A stretch of DNA of 64,000 bases from an uncultured Bacilli bacterium (lineage in GTDB: Bacteria; Bacillota_I; Bacilli_A; RF39; UBA660). Under the pieces are notes generated by a model. It saw nothing but the letters and a program-made list of their open reading frames with translations. It did not search any database and was not told the DNA's origin. The translations under genes and the position numbers were made by a program. This document shows, piece by piece, positions 52,585-62,104 of the stretch. The DNA lies in NCBI GenBank assembly GCA_944358415.1, contig CALVRA010000003.1, forward strand, positions 17,790 through 81,789, written 5' to 3'. The stretch's first letter is position 1; each line of letters opens with the position of its first letter.

Positions 52585-54567
52585 TTAGTCTAGATTAGAT
52601 GACTTTTCTATTTGTTTTTTTAAATATGAATATTTTTCTAAATTATATTCACCGCTTTCAAAGAATCTAGTAGCGTCTTCTTTAGCTTTTAAAAGCAAAT
52701 CATAATCATTTTTGATATCGGCTATTTTAAAATTCATATCACCGCTTTGCTTAAGTCCAAAGATATCTCCTCCACCTCTTAATTTAAAATCTTCTTCACT
52801 TATTTTAAAGCCATCATTAGTTTTTGTTAAAATTTCTAGTCTTTTTGTTTCTTTATCACTTATTAAGATACAGTAAGATGCTAAATCATTTCTGCCTACT
52901 CTTCCTCTTAATTGATGAAGTGCGGAAAGACCAAAACGGAAGCTATCAAATATGACAATCATGGTAGCATTTGGAACATCGACACCTACTTCGATAACGG
53001 TGGTACTGATGAGAATCTGAATTTTATTTTGTTTGAATTTATTCATGATATCTTCTTTTTCTTCGTCTTTCATTTTTCCGTGCAGAATACCGATGTGACA
53101 TATTTTGCCAAAGGCTTTAGTCATTTTTTCTTCTAATTTATAGATATTTTCTAAATCTATTTTTTCACTTTCTTCGATTAATGGAGCAATTACATATATT
53201 TGATGATGAGCTTTTATTTGGTCTAACATCATGTATAAAACTTCTTTTATCTGTTGATTTGTTTTGATGTAAGTTTTAACAGGTTTTCTACCACTAGGCA
53301 TAGTTCTGATGCTAGAAATATCCATATCACCATATAAGGTTAAAGCATAAGTTCTAGGAATTGGGGTTGCACTCATATATAAGATATCTGGGGTTTTACC
53401 TTTATTTTTGAGATTACCTCTTTGAGCAACACCAAATCTATGCTGTTCATCAGTAATAACGAGACCTAGATTATGATATGTGACATCTTCACTGATAAGA
53501 GCGTGAGTACCGATGATGACTTTTGCTTCACCACTTTCAATTAATTTTTTTATTTCTTTTTTTTCTTTAGCTGTTAGTTTGCCAGTTAATAGAACTGTGT
53601 TTATGTTTGGAAATAATTTTTTAAAGTTTTGGAAGTGCTGAAAAGCAAGTATTTCGGTTGGAGCCATTAAAGCTCCTTCATAACCACCTAAATAATTTAT
53701 GTAAAGACTAATAAAAGAGACTATTGTTTTTCCACTACCAACATCTCCTTGTAAAAGCCTATTCATAGTTTTGTTTTGGGTTAGGTCATTATATATATCT
53801 TTAACTGCAGTTAACTGGTCTTTTGTTAGCTTGAAAGGTAAAGTTTTAATAAAGTTTTCTATTTTTTCATAAGGGACGTTTCTAGTGATGCCATTATCAA
53901 TTTTTTTTGCGTTTTTTAAGTTATTGATTTTTAACATATAAATGAAGAGTTCTTCATATTTTAAAAGTTCTAAGGCTTTTTTTAGACTTTCTTTATTTTG
54001 TGGGTCATGGGCTATCTTGACGGCAGTTTCTTTGTTTAGAAAATTATATTTATTTTTTATAGATTCTGGCAGAATATTAGGGATGTCTATTTTGTTTAAA
54101 GCTGTTTTTATTATTTTAGATATTTTAGTACTGGATATTTTAAATGATGAATGATATACCGGTTCTATTAATGGTTTTTCTAGAAGAGCAAATTTTATAT
54201 CGTTTGCGGTGATTGTGTTATGTTTTTGATCATATTTACCAATAACGGTAATAGTTGTACCTATTTTTAATTTGCTTTTTAAAAAAGCTCTATTAAAGAT
54301 GGTAACAGTTATGATGAGTGAACCTATATTTAAGTGAAAGGTCATTTTATTTAGTTTCCGGTTAAAATGGAAAACTGATGGAATATTTTCTACAATACCA
54401 CCTACAACTATTTTATCTTGATCTTTGATGGTTTTTACATCTGTGTTTTCAATTATTTCATATCTAAATGGATAGTAATTGATTAAGTCGTTAGTATTAT
54501 TTATTCCAAGTTCATTTAAATATTTGATAGTTGTAAGACCTAAGCCTTTAATATCTTGTAACTGCAT
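52585..54567 (-). CDS. recG: ATP-dependent DNA helicase RecG
   Basis: 660 aa. Wedge/OB N-terminus, GDVGSGKT, DEQHRFG, and a TRG-like C-terminal region. Confidence 0.95.
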   Translation of the reverse strand: MQLQDIKGLGLTTIKYLNELGINNTNDLINYYPFRYEIIENTDVKTIKDQDKIVVGGIVENIPSVFHFNRKLNKMTFHLNIGSLIITVTIFNRAFLKSKLKIGTTITVIGKYDQKHNTITANDIKFALLEKPLIEPVYHSSFKISSTKISKIIKTALNKIDIPNILPESIKNKYNFLNKETAVKIAHDPQNKESLKKALELLKYEELFIYMLKINNLKNAKKIDNGITRNVPYEKIENFIKTLPFKLTKDQLTAVKDIYNDLTQNKTMNRLLQGDVGSGKTIVSFISLYINYLGGYEGALMAPTEILAFQHFQNFKKLFPNINTVLLTGKLTAKEKKEIKKLIESGEAKVIIGTHALISEDVTYHNLGLVITDEQHRFGVAQRGNLKNKGKTPDILYMSATPIPRTYALTLYGDMDISSIRTMPSGRKPVKTYIKTNQQIKEVLYMMLDQIKAHHQIYVIAPLIEESEKIDLENIYKLEEKMTKAFGKICHIGILHGKMKDEEKEDIMNKFKQNKIQILISTTVIEVGVDVPNATMIVIFDSFRFGLSALHQLRGRVGRNDLASYCILISDKETKRLEILTKTNDGFKISEEDFKLRGGGDIFGLKQSGDMNFKIADIKNDYDLLLKAKEDATRFFESGEYNLEKYSYLKKQIEKSSNLD

Positions 54568-54604
54568 TTTTATTCTCCTTTGCTTATTTTTTATTTAAAA
54601 CCTA

Positions 54605-54633
54605 TTGACATATTTTAATTTTCTGATATTATA
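54605..54633 (+). promoter_or_regulatory. near-consensus sigma-A promoter (TTGACA, 16-nt spacer, TGaTATTAT extended -10)
   Basis: -35 at 54605-54610, TG at 54624-54625, and -10 TATTAT at 54627-54632. No protein gene lies downstream on this strand. Confidence 0.5.
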
Positions 54634-54638
54634 TATAT

Positions 54639-54742
54639 CACCAATTCAATTTTCGTTGAATTGGCGCTAGTGTAAACTAGCCAGCCCCTTTTTATTCTTT
54701 TATTTGGAACAGTCCTTCAGGGGGAACTGTTCCTTTTTTTGT
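54639..54742 (+). ncRNA. candidate ~100-nt small RNA
   Basis: The promoter above is followed by hairpins CCAATTCAA-TTTTCG-TTGAATTGG and GCTAGT-GTAA-ACTAGC. The terminator is GGAACAGT-[CCTTCAGGGGGA]-ACTGTTCC plus T7. The loop carries the att-core 13-mer. Confidence 0.4.
54715..54724. repeat. fourth copy of CTTCAGGGGG (not an island boundary)
   Basis: The 13-mer TCCTTCAGGGGGA at 54713-54725 is identical to 52471-52483. It lies in the terminator loop of the candidate sRNA. Confidence 0.6.
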
Positions 54743-54916
54743 CTTTATAATAATTATACAAGATTTTTTGACTATTTCCTGCTTTTTCTCAAAATTTTGT
54801 ATACTTAATTTTAAAAACATTTTACACTATCTATGGATAGCAATTTGACATCGGCAAAAAGATAATGATACCGTACTTATTAAGAGAATTTATTAAGATG
54901 ATTTTTAACATATGGT

Positions 54917-54945
54917 TTATAAAAAGTAGTTTTTTAGGACTACTT
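54917..54945 (-). terminator. terminator of pdp
   Basis: AAGTAGT-N8-ACTACTT 7-bp stem overlapping the stop codon. TTTTTAT follows on the minus strand. Confidence 0.45.
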
Positions 54946-56208
54946 TATAATATCGATGATTAATTTTGGCTTTTCTATTTTTTCTTTTGTAAAGGTGAAA
55001 CATGAGAGTAGTTCTTCTTCGGTGATTTGTTTTTCATTATAAAGGATAGTGGCTAAGACATCTCCTTTTTTTATGTAGTCACCAACTTTATGCTTTAAGA
55101 TAATGCCGACAGTTAGATCGATAATGTCATCTTTTGATAATCTACCAGCGCCTAGTTTTCTAGCTAATTTGCCAATTTCTAAGGCATTGATGTTTTTAAT
55201 ATAACCTTCTTCTTTTGATGTGAATATTTGTTTATTTTTGGCAATTTCAATATTATTAATATCACCGTCTTGAGCTTTAACCCACTCTTTAAATTTTTGA
55301 TAGGCTTTTCCGTTAAATATATTTTCTTTTACTTTTTCTATGGCTGTTTCTTCTGTTATGTTTAAGGCCATAGATGTCATGATGGCTCCTAGTTTGATAA
55401 CGAGATTTGTTAAATCCTCTGGTCCCTTTCCTTTTAGGGTATCTATTGCTTCTAATACTTCTACAGAGTTTCCAACGGCATAACCTAGTGGTTCATCCAT
55501 ATTGGTTAAAACGCAAGCAATGTTTTTGTTATTTGTTTTTCCTATTTTAACCATTAAATTGGCCAGTTCTTTAGCTTCTTCTAAGTTATTTACTAAAGCC
55601 CCAGAGCCTATTTTTAAATCTATTACTATATTTTTGGCACCACTAGCTAATTTTTTACTCATGATGCTTGAGGCTATTAAAGGTATGGAATCGACTGTTC
55701 CAGTTACATCTCTTAAGGCGTATATTTTTTTATCAGCTAGTACTAAGTTGCCCATTTGTCCTACTAAAGCGACCCCAATTTTATCTACTTGATTTTTAAA
55801 TTCATCTAAAGACATTGATGTTTTAAACCCTTTGATTGATTCTAATTTATCGATTGTTCCTCCAGTATGGCCAAGACCTCTGCCACTCATTTTAGCTATT
55901 TTGACATTTAATGAAGCAACTAAAGGAGCTAAAACAATGGTAGTTTTATCACCTACACCACCTGTTGAATGTTTATCTGTGAGGTTATCAATACCAAAAT
56001 CTAAGATTTCTCCACTATGAAGCATGATATCTGTTAGGTTAATGGTTTCTTCTTCTGTTAATCCTAAAAGGTCTACTTCGGTTAGAAATGCAGACATTTG
56101 ATAATCTTTAATTGTTCCATTTAAATAGTTATCTATAATGTATTTTAGTTCTTCTTTGGTGAGTGTTTCTCTTTTTTCTTTTTTATCGATTAAGTCTAAT
56201 ATGTTCAT
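54940..56208 (-). CDS. pdp: pyrimidine-nucleoside phosphorylase
   Basis: 422 aa with DKHSTGGVGDKTT, SGRGLGHTGGTIDKLE and a C-terminal PYNP domain. Confidence 0.93.
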   Translation of the reverse strand: MNILDLIDKKEKRETLTKEELKYIIDNYLNGTIKDYQMSAFLTEVDLLGLTEEETINLTDIMLHSGEILDFGIDNLTDKHSTGGVGDKTTIVLAPLVASLNVKIAKMSGRGLGHTGGTIDKLESIKGFKTSMSLDEFKNQVDKIGVALVGQMGNLVLADKKIYALRDVTGTVDSIPLIASSIMSKKLASGAKNIVIDLKIGSGALVNNLEEAKELANLMVKIGKTNNKNIACVLTNMDEPLGYAVGNSVEVLEAIDTLKGKGPEDLTNLVIKLGAIMTSMALNITEETAIEKVKENIFNGKAYQKFKEWVKAQDGDINNIEIAKNKQIFTSKEEGYIKNINALEIGKLARKLGAGRLSKDDIIDLTVGIILKHKVGDYIKKGDVLATILYNEKQITEEELLSCFTFTKEKIEKPKLIIDIIK

Positions 56209-56267
56209 AATTTACCCTCCATAAGTATTTTACTAAATTTTGGGAAGAAAAAAAATAGTTTTTTAAA

Positions 56268-56678
56268 CTATTTTAAGCGAATGTTTATTAATTTAACTGT
56301 TCTTTGAGTATCATCACAAAGGCGTCTATAGAGAGTTGGATAAAGTTTAAATTCGTTTAAAATTTGTAAATCTTTGCTGGAAATTCTAGTTTTATAGTGT
56401 TCATCTTCTGCAACTATATCAACCGGCTGATCCTTTCCTAGTAATACATCTACTGGTACGTTTAAGATTTCACTTAATTTTATGAGATGAGCCAAAGTAG
56501 GATTTCTTCCATCACGTTCGAAATAGTTAATTGAAGATTTTGAAACACCTATTAAGTCTCCTAGTTCTTTTTGTGTTAAACCTTGTCTTTTTCTGGCTTT
56601 TTTTATTTCTGTACCTAACATATAATCACCATATCCAAAATTATAGCAAGATATGATGTTTATTACAGTTAAATCCAC
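56268..56678 (-). CDS. XRE-family HTH regulator with C-terminal extension (tandem paralog 1)
   Basis: HTH LTQKELGDLIGVSKSSINYFERDGRNP. The likely start is MLGTEIKK (about 56619). The C-terminal domain is shared with the neighbour. Confidence 0.75.
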   Translation of the reverse strand: MDLTVINIISCYNFGYGDYMLGTEIKKARKRQGLTQKELGDLIGVSKSSINYFERDGRNPTLAHLIKLSEILNVPVDVLLGKDQPVDIVAEDEHYKTRISSKDLQILNEFKLYPTLYRRLCDDTQRTVKLINIRLK

Positions 56679-56684
56679 CTGTTG

Positions 56685-57104
56685 TTAACTATCGATTTCT
56701 GGAATGAGTTTCTTTAAATTAGTGTTTATTAAATGAATATTACGTTCTGGGTCTTTTAGTAAGATTTTATAAAGTTTTGGATTATCTTTGATTGATGAGA
56801 GAATTTTTAAATCTTCTTTAGATAATCTTACTTTATATTCTTCATCGTCATGAACCGTAATTTCTCTTCCTAAAACTTCGTCGGCAGTAATATCTAAAAT
56901 ATCTAACATTTTTCTAAATACTGGCCAACGTGGTGTTCTTTTATCTGATTCATACTGTGATATTTCTGCGGCTTTAATGCCAAGCATATTTGCAAGTTCG
57001 ACTTGTGTTAAATTTGCATTTTTTCTAGCTTCTCTTAATCTTTGTCCTGCTAACATAATTATCGTTATCCTTTCGTTAACTAGAATTATAACAACATTTA
57101 GCAA
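56685..57104 (-). CDS. XRE-family HTH regulator with C-terminal extension (tandem paralog 2)
   Basis: HTH LTQVELANMLGIKAAEISQYESDKRTP. The likely start is MLAGQRL (about 57056). Confidence 0.75.
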   Translation of the reverse strand: MLNVVIILVNERITIIMLAGQRLREARKNANLTQVELANMLGIKAAEISQYESDKRTPRWPVFRKMLDILDITADEVLGREITVHDDEEYKVRLSKEDLKILSSIKDNPKLYKILLKDPERNIHLINTNLKKLIPEIDS

Positions 57105-57199
57105 ACATTACATCTTTTCTAACTTTATGTTAGGTTCTTCTTGAAATTAACTTCAAGTTAATATATAATGTATTTGTAATACACAATTATTCTAACTTA

Positions 57200-57418
57200 G
57201 TGGAGGTGTCGAAAATGAACGGTTTAAAGACTATGCGTGTAAAAAATAATTTTACTTGTGAATATATGGCAAATCATTTAAAAATAAGTAAACCTTTTTA
57301 TTGGCAAATTGAAAATGGGAAAAGAAGACTTTCGTATAAGATGGCAGTTAAAATTGCGAGAATATTTAGCTGTAAGCCAGATGATATATTTTATAATGAC
57401 TTTAAAAACATCGATTAA
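57200..57418 (+). CDS. small XRE-family HTH regulator
   Basis: FTCEYMANHLKISKPFYWQIENGKRRLS. GGAGG SD with the likely ATG at 57215. Consensus promoter TTGAAA-17-TATAAT upstream. Confidence 0.75.
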   Translation: MEVSKMNGLKTMRVKNNFTCEYMANHLKISKPFYWQIENGKRRLSYKMAVKIARIFSCKPDDIFYNDFKNID

Positions 57419-57465
57419 AAAACTGCTTATAGAGCAGTTTTTGGGAGTGTTTTGTATGAATTTTT

Positions 57466-57786
57466 TTATTTTTTTGATGATAAAAATGTAATTTTATCAA
57501 CGACGACTTCTGTGATATATTTGCGTCCGTGTTCGGTATCATAATTATAGGTTTCTACTCTACCTTTGATACCGACAAGGTCGCCTTTTTTACAGTAATC
57601 ATTAGTTCTTTGAGCTATACCTTGCCAAAGTTTACAATATATAAAGTCTGTTTCATATTCACCGGCTGAGTTTTTATAGGCTCTTGGAACAGCTAAGACT
57701 ACTTGGACCATTTTTTTACCGGTCTCGGTTTCAAATAATTCTGGGTCACTGGCTAAGCGCCCTACTAAAACAATTTGATTCAACAT
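57466..57786 (-). CDS. ssb: single-stranded DNA-binding protein lacking the acidic C-terminal tail (SsbB-like)
   Basis: MLNQIVLVGRLASDPEL...KGDLVGIKGRVETYNY OB-fold. 106 aa with no DDxPF tail. Confidence 0.85.
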   Translation of the reverse strand: MLNQIVLVGRLASDPELFETETGKKMVQVVLAVPRAYKNSAGEYETDFIYCKLWQGIAQRTNDYCKKGDLVGIKGRVETYNYDTEHGRKYITEVVVDKITFLSSKK

Positions 57787-57961
57787 ACTTCCCTCCTTTC
57801 GATTTGGTACTATACACGTTATTTTTGATTAAATCAAAAGACCAAATCAGCAAATTGGAAAGCTTTTTTTTGCTAATTTGGCAAATTAGTTATACCAAAC
57901 CAGCGATTTGGAGGGATTTTAAATAGTTAAAGTGTTTACAAAATAGAAAAACACAAGTTTT

Positions 57962-58300
57962 TTAACATTTTAGTTCAACTTGTGTTTTTTTTGCTTTTCC
58001 AGTTTGATAATCAATTGTTACGTTAGAAAATGTTTTTGTTTTATCACATTTTTCTAAGCCTTTTAAGTCATAGTTTTCACCATTTTGATTGGCTTTTTCT
58101 AAATCTTCTAAGGTAACCATATATGTATTGGCACTATCGTTTGCGCTTATATATTTTTCAAAATAATCGCGGCTAGCTGTATCAATTTTATTTTCTAATT
58201 CATTATTTTGTGTTTCTTTAGTTTTTGTGTAATAATATATTGCGCCTCCTGAAGCAGCAATTATTACGAGTGTTAAAACTATTAAAAGTGTTTTTTTCAT
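57962..58300 (-). CDS. hypothetical membrane-anchored/secreted protein
   Basis: N-terminal signal/anchor MKKTLLIVLTLVIIAASGGAIYYY. 112 aa. A hairpin terminator overlaps its stop. Confidence 0.55.
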   Translation of the reverse strand: MKKTLLIVLTLVIIAASGGAIYYYTKTKETQNNELENKIDTASRDYFEKYISANDSANTYMVTLEDLEKANQNGENYDLKGLEKCDKTKTFSNVTIDYQTGKAKKTQVELKC

Positions 58301-58314
58301 ATATATCCCCTTCT

Positions 58315-59637
58315 TTAAAAATAATTTTTTAATAATTGATTTAATTCAACGGCATATTCCATTGGCAAGTTTTCTCTAAATTCATCAATAAAGCCAATTA
58401 TCAATAATTCTTTAGCTTTTTCTTCATCTAGTCCTCTACTCATTAGATAAAATAGTTTCTCTTCATCTAATTTAGATACTGTAGCTTCATGTTCAAGATA
58501 TGATGAAGAGTTTTCAACGATGTTTTTAGGAATGGTATCGCTTTTGGAATTTTTATCTAATATAATTGTATCACATTTAATGGTGCTTTTGGAATAGTTT
58601 GCATTTTTATTTATTTTAACGGTTCCTCTATAGTTAGAGATTCCACCATTTGCGGCTATAGATTTACTGATTATATTACTAGTGGTATGTGGAGCTAGGT
58701 GAATCATTTTGGCTCCAGCATCTTGAATTTGGCCTTTTGAGGCAACGGCAATAGATATACAGTTTCCTATGGCTCCTTTTCCTTTTAAGATACATGATGG
58801 ATATTTCATGTTAGTTTTTGAGCCAATATTACCATCAATCCATTCCATTTTACCATTTTCATCAACTATGGCTCTTTTGGTTACTAAGTTATATATATTG
58901 TTTGCCCAATTTTGAATAGTGGTATATCTACAACTTGAGTTTTTTCCGACAAAGATTTCGACAACTGCGGCATGAAGTGAACTATCGTTATGGTATACAG
59001 CAGTGCATCCTTCCATATAGTGAATATGGCTATCATCGTCCACAATTATTAATGTTCTTTCAAACTGTCCCATGTGTTTGGTGTTTAATCTAAAGTAACT
59101 TTGAAGCGGTCTATCAATAGTTATTCCTTTTGGAATGTATATGAAGGTTCCACCACTCCATACGGCACCATTTAAGGCAGTATATTTATTTTCATCATAT
59201 TTAACTAGAGTATTAAAATATTTTTTGAATAGTTCCGGATATTTTTTTAGAGCATCATCGGTACTACAGAAGATTACACCTTTTTCTTCTAGTTCTTTAA
59301 TCATATTATGATATACAACTTCACTTTCAAATTGAGCTCCGATGCCATCTAGGTATTTTTTTTCGGCTTGGATTAAGCCTAGTTCATCAAAGGTATTTTT
59401 AATTGGACATGAGACTTTATTCCAATTATTTTCTACTTTATCAGTTACTTTTTTATAATAGTTTATTTTATCAAAATCAATTTTTAATTCAGGTCCAAAA
59501 TTTGGATTGGATATTTCTTTAAATGCTTTATATGATTTTAATCTAAAGTCTGTCATCCATTTTGGTTCTTTTTTTATTTTTGATATTTCTTTTATTTTTT
59601 CTTCGTCTAGTCCAAATTCTTTACTCATCGTTTTCAC
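58315..59637 (-). CDS. sufB: Fe-S cluster assembly protein SufB
   Basis: N-terminus [32 protein letters not shown] and C-terminus [20 protein letters not shown] are typical of SufB. Confidence 0.88.
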   Translation of the reverse strand: MKTMSKEFGLDEEKIKEISKIKKEPKWMTDFRLKSYKAFKEISNPNFGPELKIDFDKINYYKKVTDKVENNWNKVSCPIKNTFDELGLIQAEKKYLDGIGAQFESEVVYHNMIKELEEKGVIFCSTDDALKKYPELFKKYFNTLVKYDENKYTALNGAVWSGGTFIYIPKGITIDRPLQSYFRLNTKHMGQFERTLIIVDDDSHIHYMEGCTAVYHNDSSLHAAVVEIFVGKNSSCRYTTIQNWANNIYNLVTKRAIVDENGKMEWIDGNIGSKTNMKYPSCILKGKGAIGNCISIAVASKGQIQDAGAKMIHLAPHTTSNIISKSIAANGGISNYRGTVKINKNANYSKSTIKCDTIILDKNSKSDTIPKNIVENSSSYLEHEATVSKLDEEKLFYLMSRGLDEEKAKELLIIGFIDEFRENLPMEYAVELNQLLKNYF

Positions 59638-59675
59638 CTATTAACATTATACTATTTTTTATTAAAAATAAAAAG

Positions 59676-60116
59676 CTATTTATTAGCTTTCAAGGCATTT
59701 AATACTTTTTCAATGCCCCACCATGAGAGTAAGACACATTTTTTTCGGCTTGGGTTTTTGGCAATATCATCATAGACGATAGCTTCCTCTAAGACATCTT
59801 TATCAAATGGTTTTTCATCAATCATGTTTAAAAAATTTTGGAGGATATTTTCGGCTTCTTTGATTGTTTTACCAGTTAATACCTCTATCATTGTTGAAGT
59901 TGAAGATGTGCTTATCGCGCATGCTTCACCATCAAAGCGAATATCTTTTATGATATTATTTTCTATTTTTACTTCGAGATTTACTTCGTCTATACAACTT
60001 TCGTTATTCATGTTTACTTTTATATATGAGTCATCATTTAGTAATCCTTTATTTTTAGGGTTTTGATAGTTTTCTAAGATTATTTCCCTTTTTAAATTAT
60101 TATCCATTGATATCAC
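59676..60116 (-). CDS. sufU: SUF system Fe-S scaffold/sulfur acceptor SufU (IscU/NifU-like)
   Basis: YQNPKNKG, NESCIDEV and GEACAISTSSTS, the cysteine motifs of SufU. Confidence 0.8.
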   Translation of the reverse strand: MISMDNNLKREIILENYQNPKNKGLLNDDSYIKVNMNNESCIDEVNLEVKIENNIIKDIRFDGEACAISTSSTSTMIEVLTGKTIKEAENILQNFLNMIDEKPFDKDVLEEAIVYDDIAKNPSRKKCVLLSWWGIEKVLNALKANK

Positions 60117-60789
60117 CTTCTATTTCTCCGTAAGCGGTTTCGTCTAATTCAAAATAAAAGTTTCTAAGTTCTTCAAAGGAACAAAAGAAGAGTGCTGGCA
60201 GGTTTAAAGCAGCTTTTTCTTTTAATGTTTTAATGATATCGTTAATATTTTCGGCTTTTTTTGTATTTATTTTATTTAATTGTTTTTCTTTATAAATAGA
60301 AATACCACATCTGCCCTGACTATATAGTGTTTCGTTGGTGGCAAATAGGATATTTGCTTCAATAATATTATTTATTATTTTTGCAATGTTATAAATGGTA
60401 TTCATAATGGTCAAATTATGGGTTGGTCTTTCGATTTTAGCTTCTTCAACTATTTCTTTGATTCTTGTAAATAATTGATCATCATCTTTACTTTCGCACG
60501 AAATTTCAGCATATAGTTTGCCATTACTAGATCTAACATTAAATTCACAGGCTGGTATTTCTAAAGTTAAATCGATTAATCTTCCAATGGTATTTAAGTT
60601 ATCATGGCTAATTTTTAAAATTATGTAAGCTACTTGGTTTTTCCCATGACCAATACTAGCTAAAACAGGTATAATATTATTATTAAAGCATGTGTGAAGT
60701 AATAATTCTAAGGATCTTGAACCTTCAGCCATGTCATGGAAATAAATTGATCTTTCTTTTTGATCGTTAAGGTTTATATTTTTATTCAT
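60100..60789 (-). CDS. hypothetical protein
   Basis: 229-aa ORF overlapping the sufU start by 17 nt. No family recognised. Confidence 0.5.
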   Translation of the reverse strand: MNKNINLNDQKERSIYFHDMAEGSRSLELLLHTCFNNNIIPVLASIGHGKNQVAYIILKISHDNLNTIGRLIDLTLEIPACEFNVRSSNGKLYAEISCESKDDDQLFTRIKEIVEEAKIERPTHNLTIMNTIYNIAKIINNIIEANILFATNETLYSQGRCGISIYKEKQLNKINTKKAENINDIIKTLKEKAALNLPALFFCSFEELRNFYFELDETAYGEIEGDING

Positions 60790-60866
60790 ATTCGCATCTC
60801 CTTTTTATGTTTTAATCATTTTTTTTATTTACCATCATATATTTAAGTATAAAGGAGGAAATAAAC

Positions 60867-61127
60867 ATGGAAACACTTAAAGTAAGAGCTAAAAGCAATC
60901 CTAATTCAGTGGCTGGAGCTTTAGCTAATGTTTTTCGCGAGAAAGGAACTGTTGAAATTCAGGCAATTGGGGCGGGAGCTTTGAATCAAGCTATTAAAGC
61001 CATCGCTATTGCGAGAGGTTTTGTGGCTCCTAGTGGGAAAAATTTGATATGTATTCCTGCTTTTACCGATATTATTATTGATGGCGAGGAACGAACTGCT
61101 ATTAAGTTAATTGTTGAATCAAGGTAG
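60867..61127 (+). CDS. spoVS: stage V sporulation protein S
   Basis: Near-identical from memory to B. subtilis SpoVS (LKV.AKS.PNSVAGALA...EIQAIGAGALNQA.KA.AIARGFVAPSG..LICIPAFTDI.IDGEERTAIKLIVE). Confidence 0.93.
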   Translation: METLKVRAKSNPNSVAGALANVFREKGTVEIQAIGAGALNQAIKAIAIARGFVAPSGKNLICIPAFTDIIIDGEERTAIKLIVESR

Positions 61128-61128
61128 A

Positions 61129-62004
61129 TTATTCTATCTTTTTCTGATTTCTGAAACTTTTTAATTTAAATAAAACTGCCATAATTGAAAATATTAATAT
61201 TGTTATAAGTAAAATAAATTGAATATTTAATGATGTACTATAATTATGCTTCTTTTTTCTTTCAATTTCTACTACATCGAATTTATTTTTAATTTTAGAA
61301 AAATCCACTTCAAAATAAGCTGTTTGTGCAGATATTTCTAAAGCTTGCTCACGTTCTTGTTTAGTACTATTTTCATCAATTATAGAGCTCATATTTGATT
61401 TAATTTTATTAGAATATAAAATTGTATTATCATTTTTGACTATTCTTAAATATATATCGTTATAATTTTTTTCTAAAATATAAGAAATTAATATAGTATC
61501 ATTTTGGTATTTAATCGCACTATTCGGCACTATTCCAAATTTTACCATACCATTTGAAATATTTGCATTGATTTGTGACGTATCAATCCAATAACCCTCA
61601 ATAATATCATCATCACTATATCCATTATATATTTTAGCAATTTCATCTATTTGCTTTTCTGATAATTTAGGTATTATTTCACTATCATTATATCCTCTAT
61701 ATTTTTTTCCAAAATCAGTATTACTTATCCAATATTGCGTATTTTGATTATTTGAATAATTAAATTTTAAACGTGATGCGTATATTGGTTCAATTTTTTG
61801 AATATCCGATTTCTTTATATTTTTTATAACTATTTCATATTTTTGGGGATAATAATAATATGGGGCCGATAATACTTTATTTGTAAAACAAAATAAAACT
61901 AATATTATTAAAGAGTATAATAATAGCTTGTTCATATTTTTCCTCCTTTCATTTTCTATACAAATTATATCATAATTCGGCTTTTTCGTGGATATTTGTG
62001 ACAA
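61129..62004 (-). CDS. hypothetical exported protein with C-terminal TM anchor
   Basis: The likely start is MNKLLLYSLIILVLFCFTNKVLSA (signal peptide). C-terminal LNIQFILLITILIFSIMAVLF. Confidence 0.55.
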   Translation of the reverse strand: MSQISTKKPNYDIICIENERRKNMNKLLLYSLIILVLFCFTNKVLSAPYYYYPQKYEIVIKNIKKSDIQKIEPIYASRLKFNYSNNQNTQYWISNTDFGKKYRGYNDSEIIPKLSEKQIDEIAKIYNGYSDDDIIEGYWIDTSQINANISNGMVKFGIVPNSAIKYQNDTILISYILEKNYNDIYLRIVKNDNTILYSNKIKSNMSSIIDENSTKQEREQALEISAQTAYFEVDFSKIKNKFDVVEIERKKKHNYSTSLNIQFILLITILIFSIMAVLFKLKSFRNQKKIE

Positions 62005-62104
62005 ATATTGACATATTTTTTGTATACTTTAAAAATCGTCATCAAAAATAATAACGATTTTTCTTTCATAAAACCCATCCAATTTTTTTTAAAATTTTAC
62101 TTTT

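Noticed and set aside
52483-54724. A third island bounded by core copies 3 and 4 and containing recG
   Set aside because: The segment holds only the core gene recG, with no integrase and no arm-type GTACCTAA repeats. The fourth core sits inside a hairpin loop of an independent promoter-terminator unit. It is interpreted as a paralogous motif or potential secondary attB, not an island junction.
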